Source of the DNA: Deltaproteobacteria bacterium
GTDB taxonomy: Bacteria; Myxococcota; Kuafuiibacteriia; Kuafuiibacteriales; Kuafuiibacteriaceae
Direction: 5' to 3'
DNA: 64,000 bases
Assembly: GCA_040218735.1 (NCBI GenBank)
Contig: JAVJQW010000012.1
Coordinates: 320,001 to 384,000 of the forward strand
Part shown: piece by piece, positions 1 to 8,482 of the stretch
Numbering within the stretch: the first letter of the stretch is position 1
Layout of the letters: every line of letters begins with the position of its first letter
Notes under the pieces: generated by a model
Databases searched by the model: none
Seen by the model: only the letters and a program-made list of their open reading frames with translations
Told to the model about the DNA's origin: nothing
Translations under genes and position numbers: made by a program

Positions 1-1963
1 GGGTGAGGTAGCCGAGGCCGATGGTCGACATGGCGCGGAGCCCGCGCTCTATCTTGGGCACTGACGCGAAGGTCTCGAGGGCTTCGTCGATCGTCGATGC
101 GAGCACGTCGCGGATCGTGAGGCCGGCGTAGCGAACCTCGAGCACGGCGTCGGAGAAGCGGCGGCCCTCGCAGGCGGGGCAGATCACGGCGACCGCGGGG
201 AGACTCATCAGCCCGACCATCTGGACGCCAGCGCCTTCGCAGCGCGGGCAGCGGCCCTCGGGTTTGTTGAACGAGAAGTGGCCCTTCGAGAACCCGCGCT
301 CCTTGGCTTCGTCGGTCGCGGCGAACAGGTCGCGAATCACGTCGAAGACACCGGAGTAGGTCGCGGGGTTCGAGCGTGGGCTGCGGCCGATCTCCCCCTG
401 TTCGACGGTGACGATCTTGTCGATGGAAGACGGGATCGTGCGGTCGCGAAGTCCGGGAACCAGGGTCCCCATCAGCAGGCTCGTCTTGCCGGCGCCGGAG
501 AGGCCCGCGATCACGTTGAGGGCACCGACCTGCACGTCGACGTCGATGCTGGCGAGGTTGTTCACGTCCGCGCCGCGAATGTGGATGTGCTCCGTCGCGG
601 GGCGCCGTTCTCTCGAATGGAATGTGATTCGGCGACGGTCTTCGTCGCGCGGTGTTCCGACGTACTCCAGACGTCCGCCGGCGTGGCCTGCGCCGGGACC
701 GATCCGCACGACGTGGTCCGCGGCGCCGCGGATCTCGGGGTCGTGCTCGACGACGAACACGGAGTTGCCGCGGTCGCGGAGTGCGCGGAGCAGACCGACG
801 AGCGCGCGGCGCTCGAGGACGTGGGCGCCCGCGCTCGGTTCGTCGAAGACGTAGGCGACGCCGGTCAGCTCGGTCCCGAGCTGGTTCGCGAGGCGCAAGC
901 GGCGCGCCTCACCGGAGGAGAGCGTCCCGGCGGGCCGCGACAGGGCGAGGTGCGCGAGGCCCATCGTGTCGAGCCGCGCGGCCCGCTCGCGGATGCGGTC
1001 GAGGATCGGCGCAGCGTCTCCCCCACCTCCCAGCAGGTTCGAGACGTCACCGACCGTCGACTTGAAGGCCGCGTCGATCCCGAGTCCATTGAAACGCACC
1101 GCCCTCGCCTCCTGCGACAACCGCGTCCCGCCACAGGCGGAGCAGTCGACGGACGAGACGAAGCGGAGGATGTTTGCGTTGCGTTTCTTGGCGAGGGTCT
1201 CGCCGATCACCGGAACGAGGCCGCGGTAGTGCCCCATCTCGCGCGGCTTGGCCTTGATGCCGGTCCACTTCATACGCGACTCGAGCGAGTGTTTGCCGAA
1301 CGGCACCTCGACCTTGTCGCTGCCGAAGAAGATGACGTCGCGCTGCGCGTCGGTCAGCGCCCGCCAGGGGGTGTCGATGTCGAAGCCGTGCGCGCGGCAC
1401 ACGGTGTCGAGCGCCTCGGGCGTGACCTGGGAGTACACGATGTACCCGTTGGGGAGCGTCGGCACCAAGGCGCCTTCGCGGAGGCTCTTCGTCGCGTCGG
1501 CGACGATGCGCGCGGGGTCGACGAATTCCTCGCGGCCGAGCCCGCGGCACGCCGGGCACGCGCCCTCGGCGTTGAAGCTGAACAGCGATCGCGAGATCGG
1601 CGGGCCGTCCCCCTCCCGCGTGCCGAAGCGCGCCCAGAGCAGGCGCAGCTCGTCGCCGATCTCGCTGAGCGTGCCGACCGTCGAACGCGGGTTGTCGGTG
1701 ACGGCGCGCTGATCGATCGCGATGGTGGGTCGAACGCCCTCGATCGAATCGACCGGCGGACGCACGGCGCGTCCGAGCAAACGTCGGGTGTGGAGCGAGA
1801 GCGTCGCGAGATAGCGGCGCTCCCCTTCGCGGAAGATGGTGTCGAAGGCGAGGGACGACTTGCCCGACCCCGACACCCCCGTGAACACGACGAGCCGGTC
1901 GTGCGGGAGGTCGAGGTCGACGCCGACGAGGTTGTTGGCGCGCGCGCCGCGGATCGAGAGCAC
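1..1963 (-). CDS. uvrA: Excinuclease ABC subunit A (UvrA family), 3' end runs off the window
   Basis: Absent from the ORF track because it is truncated. Manual translation from GTG at 1963 gives LSIRGARANNLVGVDLDLPHDRLVVFTGVSGSGKSSLAFDTIFREGERRY. Also seen: CPACRG zinc finger, LSSGEARRL, VFDEPSAG, second Walker A GLSGAGKT, FSFNKPEGRCPRC. Confidence 0.93.
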   Translation of the reverse strand, partial: MLSIRGARANNLVGVDLDLPHDRLVVFTGVSGSGKSSLAFDTIFREGERRYLATLSLHTRRLLGRAVRPPVDSIEGVRPTIAIDQRAVTDNPRSTVGTLSEIGDELRLLWARFGTREGDGPPISRSLFSFNAEGACPACRGLGREEFVDPARIVADATKSLREGALVPTLPNGYIVYSQVTPEALDTVCRAHGFDIDTPWRALTDAQRDVIFFGSDKVEVPFGKHSLESRMKWTGIKAKPREMGHYRGLVPVIGETLAKKRNANILRFVSSVDCSACGGTRLSQEARAVRFNGLGIDAAFKSTVGDVSNLLGGGGDAAPILDRIRERAARLDTMGLAHLALSRPAGTLSSGEARRLRLANQLGTELTGVAYVFDEPSAGAHVLERRALVGLLRALRDRGNSVFVVEHDPEIRGAADHVVRIGPGAGHAGGRLEYVGTPRDEDRRRITFHSRERRPATEHIHIRGADVNNLASIDVDVQVGALNVIAGLSGAGKTSLLMGTLVPGLRDRTIPSSIDKIVTVEQGEIGRSPRSNPATYSGVFDVIRDLFAATDEAKERGFSKGHFSFNKPEGRCPRCEGAGVQMVGLMSLPAVAVICPACEGRRFSDAVLEVRYAGLTIRDVLASTIDEALETFASVPKIERGLRAMSTIGLGYLT

Positions 1964-1965
1964 GC

Positions 1966-2853
1966 TCAGGCCAGCGCGCTCATCGTGTGGAAGCCGCTGT
2001 CGATGTAGATGACCTCGCCGGTGATCGAACGCGACAGCGGCGAGCACAGGAACACCGTCGCGTCCGCGACGTCCTCGCCGGTGATCGGGCGACGCAGCGG
2101 CGAGTGCTCGGCGGTCTTTTCGATCATCTCGTTCACGTCGCCGATCGAGCGCGCGGCGCGCGAGGCGTACGGGCCGGGCGACAGGAGGTTCACGCGGATG
2201 CCGTCGCCGCCGACGAAATGAGCGATGGTCCGTGCGTCGCACTCGAGCGCGGCCTTCGCGGTGGCCATGCCGCCGCCGTAGCCGGGGGTGGTGCGCTGCG
2301 ACGCGAGGTAGGTGAGGCCGACGACGCTAGCGTCGCGGTCCTTCATCATCGGCTGCGCGGCGCGGGTCATCGCGATGAGTGAGTAGCTGCTGATGCTCAT
2401 CGCGGTGAGGTACGCAGAGCGGCTCGTCAGGAGGTGGGAGTTCTGGATCTCCGGCGAGAAGGCGACGGAGTGGATCAGGAAGTCGATGCCCGCGCCGTTG
2501 GTGAGCTCGCTGTACTTGGCGAGCGCGCCGGCGATGGAGACGTCCTCGTCGCGGTAACCTTTGACGTTCTGTTTGTCCTCGGGGATGTCGGCGGCGGTGT
2601 CGTACTCGACGTCGCACCCGAAGATGGCGGCGGGTTTCATCTCACCCTCGACGCCGTACGGGAGCTGTCGCGACTCGGCGTATTTGTCGCGCTCGACGAA
2701 GCGCTGGACGATGCCGACCACACGCGGGTGGCAGGCGAGGTAGACCTCGGCGCCGGCGGCCTGCAGCGACTTCGCGATGTGCCAGGCGAAGCCTCCGTCG
2801 TCGGCGACGCCGGTGAGGAATGCGCGTTTACCAGTCAGGTCGATCGACAGCAT
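1966..2853 (-). CDS. fabI: Enoyl-ACP reductase, chlamydial/plant-plastid type
   Basis: SDR fold with IDLTGKRAFLTGVADD, TSRSAYLTAMSISSYSL, catalytic YGGGMATAKAALE, and ITGEVIYIDSG. Confidence 0.9.
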   Translation of the reverse strand: MLSIDLTGKRAFLTGVADDGGFAWHIAKSLQAAGAEVYLACHPRVVGIVQRFVERDKYAESRQLPYGVEGEMKPAAIFGCDVEYDTAADIPEDKQNVKGYRDEDVSIAGALAKYSELTNGAGIDFLIHSVAFSPEIQNSHLLTSRSAYLTAMSISSYSLIAMTRAAQPMMKDRDASVVGLTYLASQRTTPGYGGGMATAKAALECDARTIAHFVGGDGIRVNLLSPGPYASRAARSIGDVNEMIEKTAEHSPLRRPITGEDVADATVFLCSPLSRSITGEVIYIDSGFHTMSALA

Positions 2854-2900
2854 GTGCGGTGCGTCCTAACCGACGAACGCGCACGTCGTCATCGTGAAAG

Positions 2901-3014
2901 TCAGGGGACGAACTGAGAGACGTGGAAGAGGAGCAGCGCGCCGAGTCCGAACGCGGACAGACCGACGAGCAGCGCGGTCTCGATGCGGGGGAGCGGGGTC
3001 GTCTGGGGGCTCAT
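2901..3014 (-). CDS. Putative 37-aa single-TM small protein
   Basis: Manual translation MSPQTTPLPRIETALLVGLSAFGLGALLLFHVSQFVP. The ATG is 1 nt after the DUF962 stop, and third codon positions are GC-rich. Confidence 0.45.
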   Translation of the reverse strand: MSPQTTPLPRIETALLVGLSAFGLGALLLFHVSQFVP

Positions 3015-3015
3015 G

Positions 3016-3513
3016 TCACGGGTACGCACCCGAGGCCCGCTTGGATCCGAAGTCGAGTCCGACCCGCCGGTATAGATCCGCGAGGAGCCAGAGCGGACCG
3101 ATCAGGAGGAACTGCAAATCCTCGAAAAACGACGGCTTCTTGCCCTCGATGCGGTGCCCGATGAACTGGCCGACCCACGCGAGGACGAACAGCGCCGCCG
3201 ACGCACCCCATAGGGGGATGCTCCAGGTGGCCGCCTCCGCGACCAGCGCGAGCATCCCGCCGAACACCACGACCATCCCGAGCGCGAGGCGCGGCGCGAG
3301 CACGAGGTAGTAGAGCACCGCGCCCGCGGCGCCGACGGTGCCGAAGTGGATCCAACGCGTCGCGCCGGGGATCGGGAGGCCACAGCCCATGCCCAACATG
3401 CTCAGGACGATGAGCGGGATGCAGATCCAGTGGAGCAGCTTGTTCGTCGGGTTTCGGTGGCTCTCGCCGTAGCGATCGAGCCAGGTGTCGAGCGACTTCA
3501 CGCGGGCCAGCAT
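3016..3513 (-). CDS. DUF962 / Mpo1-like membrane protein
   Basis: Motifs YGESHRNPTNKLLHWICIP and WVGQFIGHRIEGKKPSFFEDLQFLLIGPLW; start reassigned to ATG 3513. Confidence 0.88.
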   Translation of the reverse strand: MLARVKSLDTWLDRYGESHRNPTNKLLHWICIPLIVLSMLGMGCGLPIPGATRWIHFGTVGAAGAVLYYLVLAPRLALGMVVVFGGMLALVAEAATWSIPLWGASAALFVLAWVGQFIGHRIEGKKPSFFEDLQFLLIGPLWLLADLYRRVGLDFGSKRASGAYP

Positions 3514-3575
3514 GGCCCGATCGGACGCATCCCGTCGATTGACCGTTTGGCCCAGACCCCCTAATCGAGCGTTCG

Positions 3576-3854
3576 ATGCGGTACCTCGTCCTCGCGGTGC
3601 TCCTGGCGGGTTGCGCCGCCACACGCGCGTCCCACGAGCAGCTGTTGGCGCGCGCGAGCTTCGACCTGGAGTGCGACGCCTCGGCGCTCGAGGTCGTGCA
3701 GATCGACGACAAGACGCGCGGCGTCAAAGGCTGCGGCCAGCGGGCGACCTACGTGAGCACCTGCGAGACGGGCGCCAACCGGTACGGGACGTACCAGCAC
3801 GACTGCACCTGGGTCATGAACGCGACGAACGGGCAGCCGACGGTGGCCAAGTAG
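3576..3854 (+). CDS. Small Cys-rich lipoprotein (hypothetical)
   Basis: Lipobox LLAGC; RASFDLEC...GVKGCGQRATYV..C pattern. Confidence 0.75.
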   Translation: MRYLVLAVLLAGCAATRASHEQLLARASFDLECDASALEVVQIDDKTRGVKGCGQRATYVSTCETGANRYGTYQHDCTWVMNATNGQPTVAK

Positions 3855-3856
3855 TC

Positions 3857-5554
3857 ATGGTCTCGATCGTCAGCACCGTCCGCGACATCCAGCGGCTCCG
3901 CGAGATCCTCACCGTGCTCGTGCGACACGGGTTCGGCGAGGTCGTGCAGCGCACGGGCCTCGGGCGGATCGCGGGGCGTCAGACGGAGGCAGACTCCACG
4001 GAGGACATCGCGGAGGTCGAGGCGCTGGTGTCGGCGGAGGCGCCGCCGCTGAAGCGGATTGGGTTCGGGGAGCGACTGAAGCTGGTGCTGCAGGATCTGG
4101 GGCCGAGCTTCGTGAAGCTGGGGCAGATCATGTCGACGCGGCCGGACGTGATCCCGGAGGACGTGGTGCGGGAGCTGAAGCAGCTCCAGGATCGCGTGAC
4201 GCCGCTGGAGTTCGAGGACCTCGAGGCGCAGATCCTCGCGGAGCTGGACCGGCCGATCGACGAGGTGTTCGAGGAGCTGGATCGGGCGCCGCTCGCGAGC
4301 GCGTCGATCGCGCAGGTGCACCGCGCCAAGCTGCGGACCGAGGACGGTCCGATCGACGTGGTGCTGAAGATTCAGCGGCCGGGGATCAAGAACACGATCG
4401 AGCGTGACCTGGACCTCCTGTACCTCCTCGCGAAGGCTTTGGAGCGCAGCATCCCGGAGGCGCGGATCTATTCGCCGGTGGGGATGGTGGCGGAGTTCGA
4501 TCGCGCGATCACGGCGGAGCTCGACTTCACGCGCGAGGCGGACAACGCGGAGCGCTTCGCGAAGTCGTTCGCCCACGACGAGACGGCGCGCTTCCCGAAG
4601 ATTTACCGCGACGCGAGCGGGAAGCGGCTGCTGACGATGGAGTTCCTGCGCGGGATGCACGTCACCGACGCGCTCGCGGCCGGGTACTCGGGCGAGAGGC
4701 TCGCGAAGAACACGCTGCAGATCGTCTTCAAGCAGATCTTCGAGGACGGCTTCTTCCACGGCGACCCGCACCCCGGGAACCTGATGATCCTGGGCGCGCC
4801 GGAGGAGCCGGTGCTCGGGATGATCGACCTCGGGCTAGTCGGTCGCCTGTCGCCGCAGATGCGCGACAAGACGGTGAACCTGCTCTTGGCGGCGGTGCAG
4901 CAGGACTCGCAGGGCGTCGCGGACGCGCTGTACGCGATCGGCACGCCGACGAAGCGCATCGATCGCGAGAAGTACGAGGCGGAGGTGACGTTCCTCGCGG
5001 AGCGTTACCTCGGCAAGCCGCTGAAGGAGATCGAGGTGTCGCTGCTGATCCGCGACATCGTGCAGGGCGCGATCAAGTACGGGCTGGAGATCCCGCCGGA
5101 GTTCTTGATGCTCGGTCGGACGCTGATGACGATCGAGGGCGTCGGCAAGGAGATGTACCCGGAGCTCGACGTCTTCTCGGAGATCCGGCCGTTCTTCGTC
5201 GACCTCGTGAAGCAGCGCTACAGCCCGGAGCGCCTGACGACGGATCTGTTCAAGACGGTGTCGCGCTTCGGCGAGACCGCGGGGCACCTGCCGACGAAGG
5301 TCGACGAGATCTTCGACGACCTGTTGCGCGGCTCGCTGGTGATCAACGCGCGCGATCCCGAGATGCCGAAGATCACCGACCTGCTCGGGCGCCGCATCTT
5401 CTCCGGCCTGACCGTCGCGGCGCTGATCGGCGGCGGGAGCCTCCTCGTCGCGAGCGGTGCGGGCGCGGTGGCGGGTTACATCATGCTCGGCACCGCGGGT
5501 GTCTGGCTGGTGGGCCACGGCCTGCGCGCGGCGCTGGCGTCGCGGAAGCTGTAG
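3857..5554 (+). CDS. ABC1/AarF/UbiB family atypical kinase
   Basis: LGPSFVKLGQIMSTRPD, PLASASIAQVHRA, VLKIQRPG, FFHGDPHPGN, IDLG and C-terminal TM helices; start ATG 3857. Confidence 0.92.
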   Translation: MVSIVSTVRDIQRLREILTVLVRHGFGEVVQRTGLGRIAGRQTEADSTEDIAEVEALVSAEAPPLKRIGFGERLKLVLQDLGPSFVKLGQIMSTRPDVIPEDVVRELKQLQDRVTPLEFEDLEAQILAELDRPIDEVFEELDRAPLASASIAQVHRAKLRTEDGPIDVVLKIQRPGIKNTIERDLDLLYLLAKALERSIPEARIYSPVGMVAEFDRAITAELDFTREADNAERFAKSFAHDETARFPKIYRDASGKRLLTMEFLRGMHVTDALAAGYSGERLAKNTLQIVFKQIFEDGFFHGDPHPGNLMILGAPEEPVLGMIDLGLVGRLSPQMRDKTVNLLLAAVQQDSQGVADALYAIGTPTKRIDREKYEAEVTFLAERYLGKPLKEIEVSLLIRDIVQGAIKYGLEIPPEFLMLGRTLMTIEGVGKEMYPELDVFSEIRPFFVDLVKQRYSPERLTTDLFKTVSRFGETAGHLPTKVDEIFDDLLRGSLVINARDPEMPKITDLLGRRIFSGLTVAALIGGGSLLVASGAGAVAGYIMLGTAGVWLVGHGLRAALASRKL

Positions 5555-5557
5555 CGC

Positions 5558-6712
5558 TCAGGACGGGACGCGGTACAGGTCTGGATCGTACATCCGGATC
5601 CTCCGGACGACCTCGCCCTCGTCGTCGGTGAGCGCGAGGAGCTCACCGAAGAGCTCGCCGACGCCGAGTTTTTCGAGGAGCGGCCAGACCGGGCGTTTGT
5701 TCGTCCAGTGGTCGCGGCCGAAGAGGATCATCGGCGAGACCCAGCCGGTGGTCGCGTAGTGGTTCTGGGTGACGTCCTGGAAGATCTCCTGCGTCGTGCC
5801 CGCGCTGCCCGGCGCGTAGATGACGCCGTGGGAGGCGATGGAGAGCAGGCCGTCCTCGCGGACGCTGTTCGCGAAGTACTTCGCAATCTGGGTTGCAAAG
5901 ACCGCGGGGGGCTCGTGGCCGTAGAGCCAGGTCGGGACGCCGACGCTCAGCGCTTCGGCCTCGCGGCCCGCGGGGATCGCGAAGCGCTCGCGCACCGCCC
6001 ACGCGCGGTGGAGCCAGTCGGCGTCCGCGTACTCCTTCCCCGGCTTCGCCTCCGCCGGTCGCGGCGCGAGCATCTCGAGCGCCGCATCCAGATCGGCGTC
6101 GTCGCGCGGCGCGAAGTACGCGCCGAGGTGCGTCGCCTCCATCGCGCCGGGGCCGCCCCCGCTGACGAGGAGGAAGCCGTGCCGCGTGAGGGTGCGCGCG
6201 ATGCGCGCGACGCCGGCGTACATCGGGTCGCGGCGCTCCATCCCGTGGCCGCCCATGATCGCGACAACGGAGCGGCCCTCGATCAGCTCCTCGAGCGCGT
6301 CGGTGATCGAGTGATCGTGCAGGCGCCGCGCGAGGGATACGACGATCGACGACGTACGCTCGCGCCCGTGCGCTTCGTACTCCGCGAAGACGCGGTGATC
6401 GAAGGTCCGCTGGTAGCCCTTCGAATCTTCGGGCTCGAAGCCTTCGAACAGCTCGTCCGGCGTGTACAGGCGCGCGCGGTGTGTCGGGAACGTGAAGTCG
6501 TCGATCGCGCTGAACCAGAGCGCGCCGCGTTTGACGATCGCCCCCGCCAGCTCGCGCGACGCGCGACACGCGATGAACACCGAGCCCTCCAGGCTCGCGG
6601 CGCCAAGCGCCTCCGCGTACGGATCGAGGTGGAGCGACTGCACGGCGACGCACGGCTCGGTGCCCGCTTCGAGCCACGCCTCGAGCTGCTTCGGGTCGTC
6701 GATCTCTCGCAT
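5558..6712 (-). CDS. LOG/SLOG-family (Rossmann-fold) nucleotide phosphoribohydrolase-like protein
   Basis: IMGGHG, SGGGPGAMEA, KYFANSVRED, and APGSAGTTQE (variant of PGGxGTxxE). Confidence 0.8.
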   Translation of the reverse strand: MREIDDPKQLEAWLEAGTEPCVAVQSLHLDPYAEALGAASLEGSVFIACRASRELAGAIVKRGALWFSAIDDFTFPTHRARLYTPDELFEGFEPEDSKGYQRTFDHRVFAEYEAHGRERTSSIVVSLARRLHDHSITDALEELIEGRSVVAIMGGHGMERRDPMYAGVARIARTLTRHGFLLVSGGGPGAMEATHLGAYFAPRDDADLDAALEMLAPRPAEAKPGKEYADADWLHRAWAVRERFAIPAGREAEALSVGVPTWLYGHEPPAVFATQIAKYFANSVREDGLLSIASHGVIYAPGSAGTTQEIFQDVTQNHYATTGWVSPMILFGRDHWTNKRPVWPLLEKLGVGELFGELLALTDDEGEVVRRIRMYDPDLYRVPS

Positions 6713-6777
6713 GGACGCTCGCAACCTACCGGATGCTTCGACCCTTCGCAGTAGTCACCGAGCTATCATCGAGCCCG

Positions 6778-7344
6778 ATGAGCACCGTCGAGCGAATCCG
6801 GAGCGCATTCGATCCGCTCGCGGATCGTTTTGGTCTCACGCATCGATCCCAGGACGTCGGCCCGCGGGAGGTCGTCGTCCGCTACCACAACGACGTCGTG
6901 CGGCTGCGCATCGTCGCGGAGGCCGGCGCGGCGCCTTCGGTGATGGTCGGCGCGAAGGACGGTCTCGTCTTCGGCCTCGGCGAGCTCGGCGCAGTGGCCG
7001 AAGACGACGACTTCGTCGCCCTCGCTGCGCGCACGGCCGAGTACGCCGATGCGATCCTCGCCGGTGACTTCTCTTCCTTCGACCGCCTTCGCCGCGAGCG
7101 CGCCGCGCGCGTTCGGGAGGACAACCAAGCGCGGTGGGGCACGGCCACCGGCGAGACCCCGCGGTTCGACGAGCGCCCCACGCTCGAGGCGCTGTTCAGC
7201 GACGCCCACAACGACGGCCTCCGCACCGCCCGCGCCTACCAGGGGCACTGGGACTACGCGTACGCTCTCGAAGAGCTCGCGACCTTCCTCGGCGAATCCG
7301 TCGCGGACGTTCAGCGGCGCCTCGACGACTGGGATCGGGTTTAG
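6778..7344 (+). CDS. Hypothetical protein with possible C-terminal HTH
   Basis: Coding-like codon bias; C-terminus RPTLEALF...YALEELATFLGESVADVQRRL. Confidence 0.65.
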   Translation: MSTVERIRSAFDPLADRFGLTHRSQDVGPREVVVRYHNDVVRLRIVAEAGAAPSVMVGAKDGLVFGLGELGAVAEDDDFVALAARTAEYADAILAGDFSSFDRLRRERAARVREDNQARWGTATGETPRFDERPTLEALFSDAHNDGLRTARAYQGHWDYAYALEELATFLGESVADVQRRLDDWDRV

Positions 7345-7448
7345 CTCACGGGTTTGTCGCCTCGAGATCGCGCCCGGACGAACGGAGGATCTCGAACGAA
7401 TTTCGGACATCCGGACAACCGGGACGGGCGCATCCGCGCTGACACGCT

Positions 7449-7464
7449 TGGCACGATTCCTGGA
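7449..7464 (+). promoter_or_regulatory. Possible sigma54 -24/-12 promoter
   Basis: TGGCACG-ATTC-CTGGA has a perfect -24 box and an imperfect -12 box (TGG instead of TGC), just upstream of ATG 7478. Confidence 0.3.
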
Positions 7465-7477
7465 ATTCGGTCACGCC

Positions 7478-8464
7478 ATGGTCGCACGTCATCGACGCAC
7501 TCCAGCCCTCGCGCTCGCCTTGCTCGCCGCTTGCGGTGGCGCGCCTCCGGATCGCGAATGGGCAGGCTCGAACGAGAGCGGAAACGGCAGCCCCGACGAG
7601 AACGTCCTGGGCCAGATCGACGGCGTCGATGCTCCCGATTCATCTGCGGGTGTTCAGTGCACTGGGGCGACCTGTGAGGTCGAGGTCATCGCACAGGTCG
7701 GTGCTCTGAAGTCCGCGGTGCTGGCACAAGGCTGGATCTACTACACGGAGGGCTACGGCATCTCGCGCGTCGCCCTCGACGGCGGTTCGTCGACGCTCGT
7801 GCACTCGTTCGCTCACTCCGACCTAGTCGGAGGTGACCGGGGGCTGTTCTCGATCGCTGGCCTATCCGGGCACACGTACGTCGTTCAGATCGAAGCGAAC
7901 TCGGGAACCTGGGAAGCGACCGAGGCGACCGCCGAAACAGCTTTGGCGCGCACGGATGATGCCCTCTTCTCCTCCGGACCGGACGGACATATCTACCGGC
8001 TCCCCTTCGACGGAACGGCGGGCTTCCCGATCAACTGTTGTGGTGCTGACCAGATTGTCGCGTCGCGCTCGTGGGTTTGCTTCCGCGATACGACAACGGT
8101 TTGCGGATCTGCATTCGGTAATTCGGGCACATTCCGCGTGGACGATGCGAGGTGGCTCGTCGATCTCGACGACTCCCACCTCTACTACGTCGACGAAGCT
8201 GGGAATCTCCGCCGCATCTCGATGAGCGAGCGCGCCGTCCAGACGGTGCTGGAGGGCGGGCCAGGGCGCAACGAATCCTACGCGCAAGCTGATGGTTCGC
8301 GATTGTATTGGAACCACTTCGAGGGTGGTGTCCGACGGATCATCAGCCTTACGAAGGCCACCGGAGTCATCGAGCACTTCGCTACGCTCGAAAGCGGCAA
8401 GATCGTCGGCGGCAACGACGATTTCCTGCTCGTCGATGAACCGTTGCGTCGCATCAGGAAGTAG
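7478..8464 (+). CDS. Lipoprotein, probable beta-propeller (DUF5050-like)
   Basis: Lipobox LLAAC; repeated blades (WIYYT, HLYYVD, RLYWN); somewhat lower GC than its neighbours. Confidence 0.7.
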   Translation: MVARHRRTPALALALLAACGGAPPDREWAGSNESGNGSPDENVLGQIDGVDAPDSSAGVQCTGATCEVEVIAQVGALKSAVLAQGWIYYTEGYGISRVALDGGSSTLVHSFAHSDLVGGDRGLFSIAGLSGHTYVVQIEANSGTWEATEATAETALARTDDALFSSGPDGHIYRLPFDGTAGFPINCCGADQIVASRSWVCFRDTTTVCGSAFGNSGTFRVDDARWLVDLDDSHLYYVDEAGNLRRISMSERAVQTVLEGGPGRNESYAQADGSRLYWNHFEGGVRRIISLTKATGVIEHFATLESGKIVGGNDDFLLVDEPLRRIRK

Positions 8465-8482
8465 CGCGGCGGCGGGCACGAC

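Noticed and set aside
278-2008. 576-aa + strand ORF
   Set aside because: Antisense shadow of the uvrA homologue on the - strand
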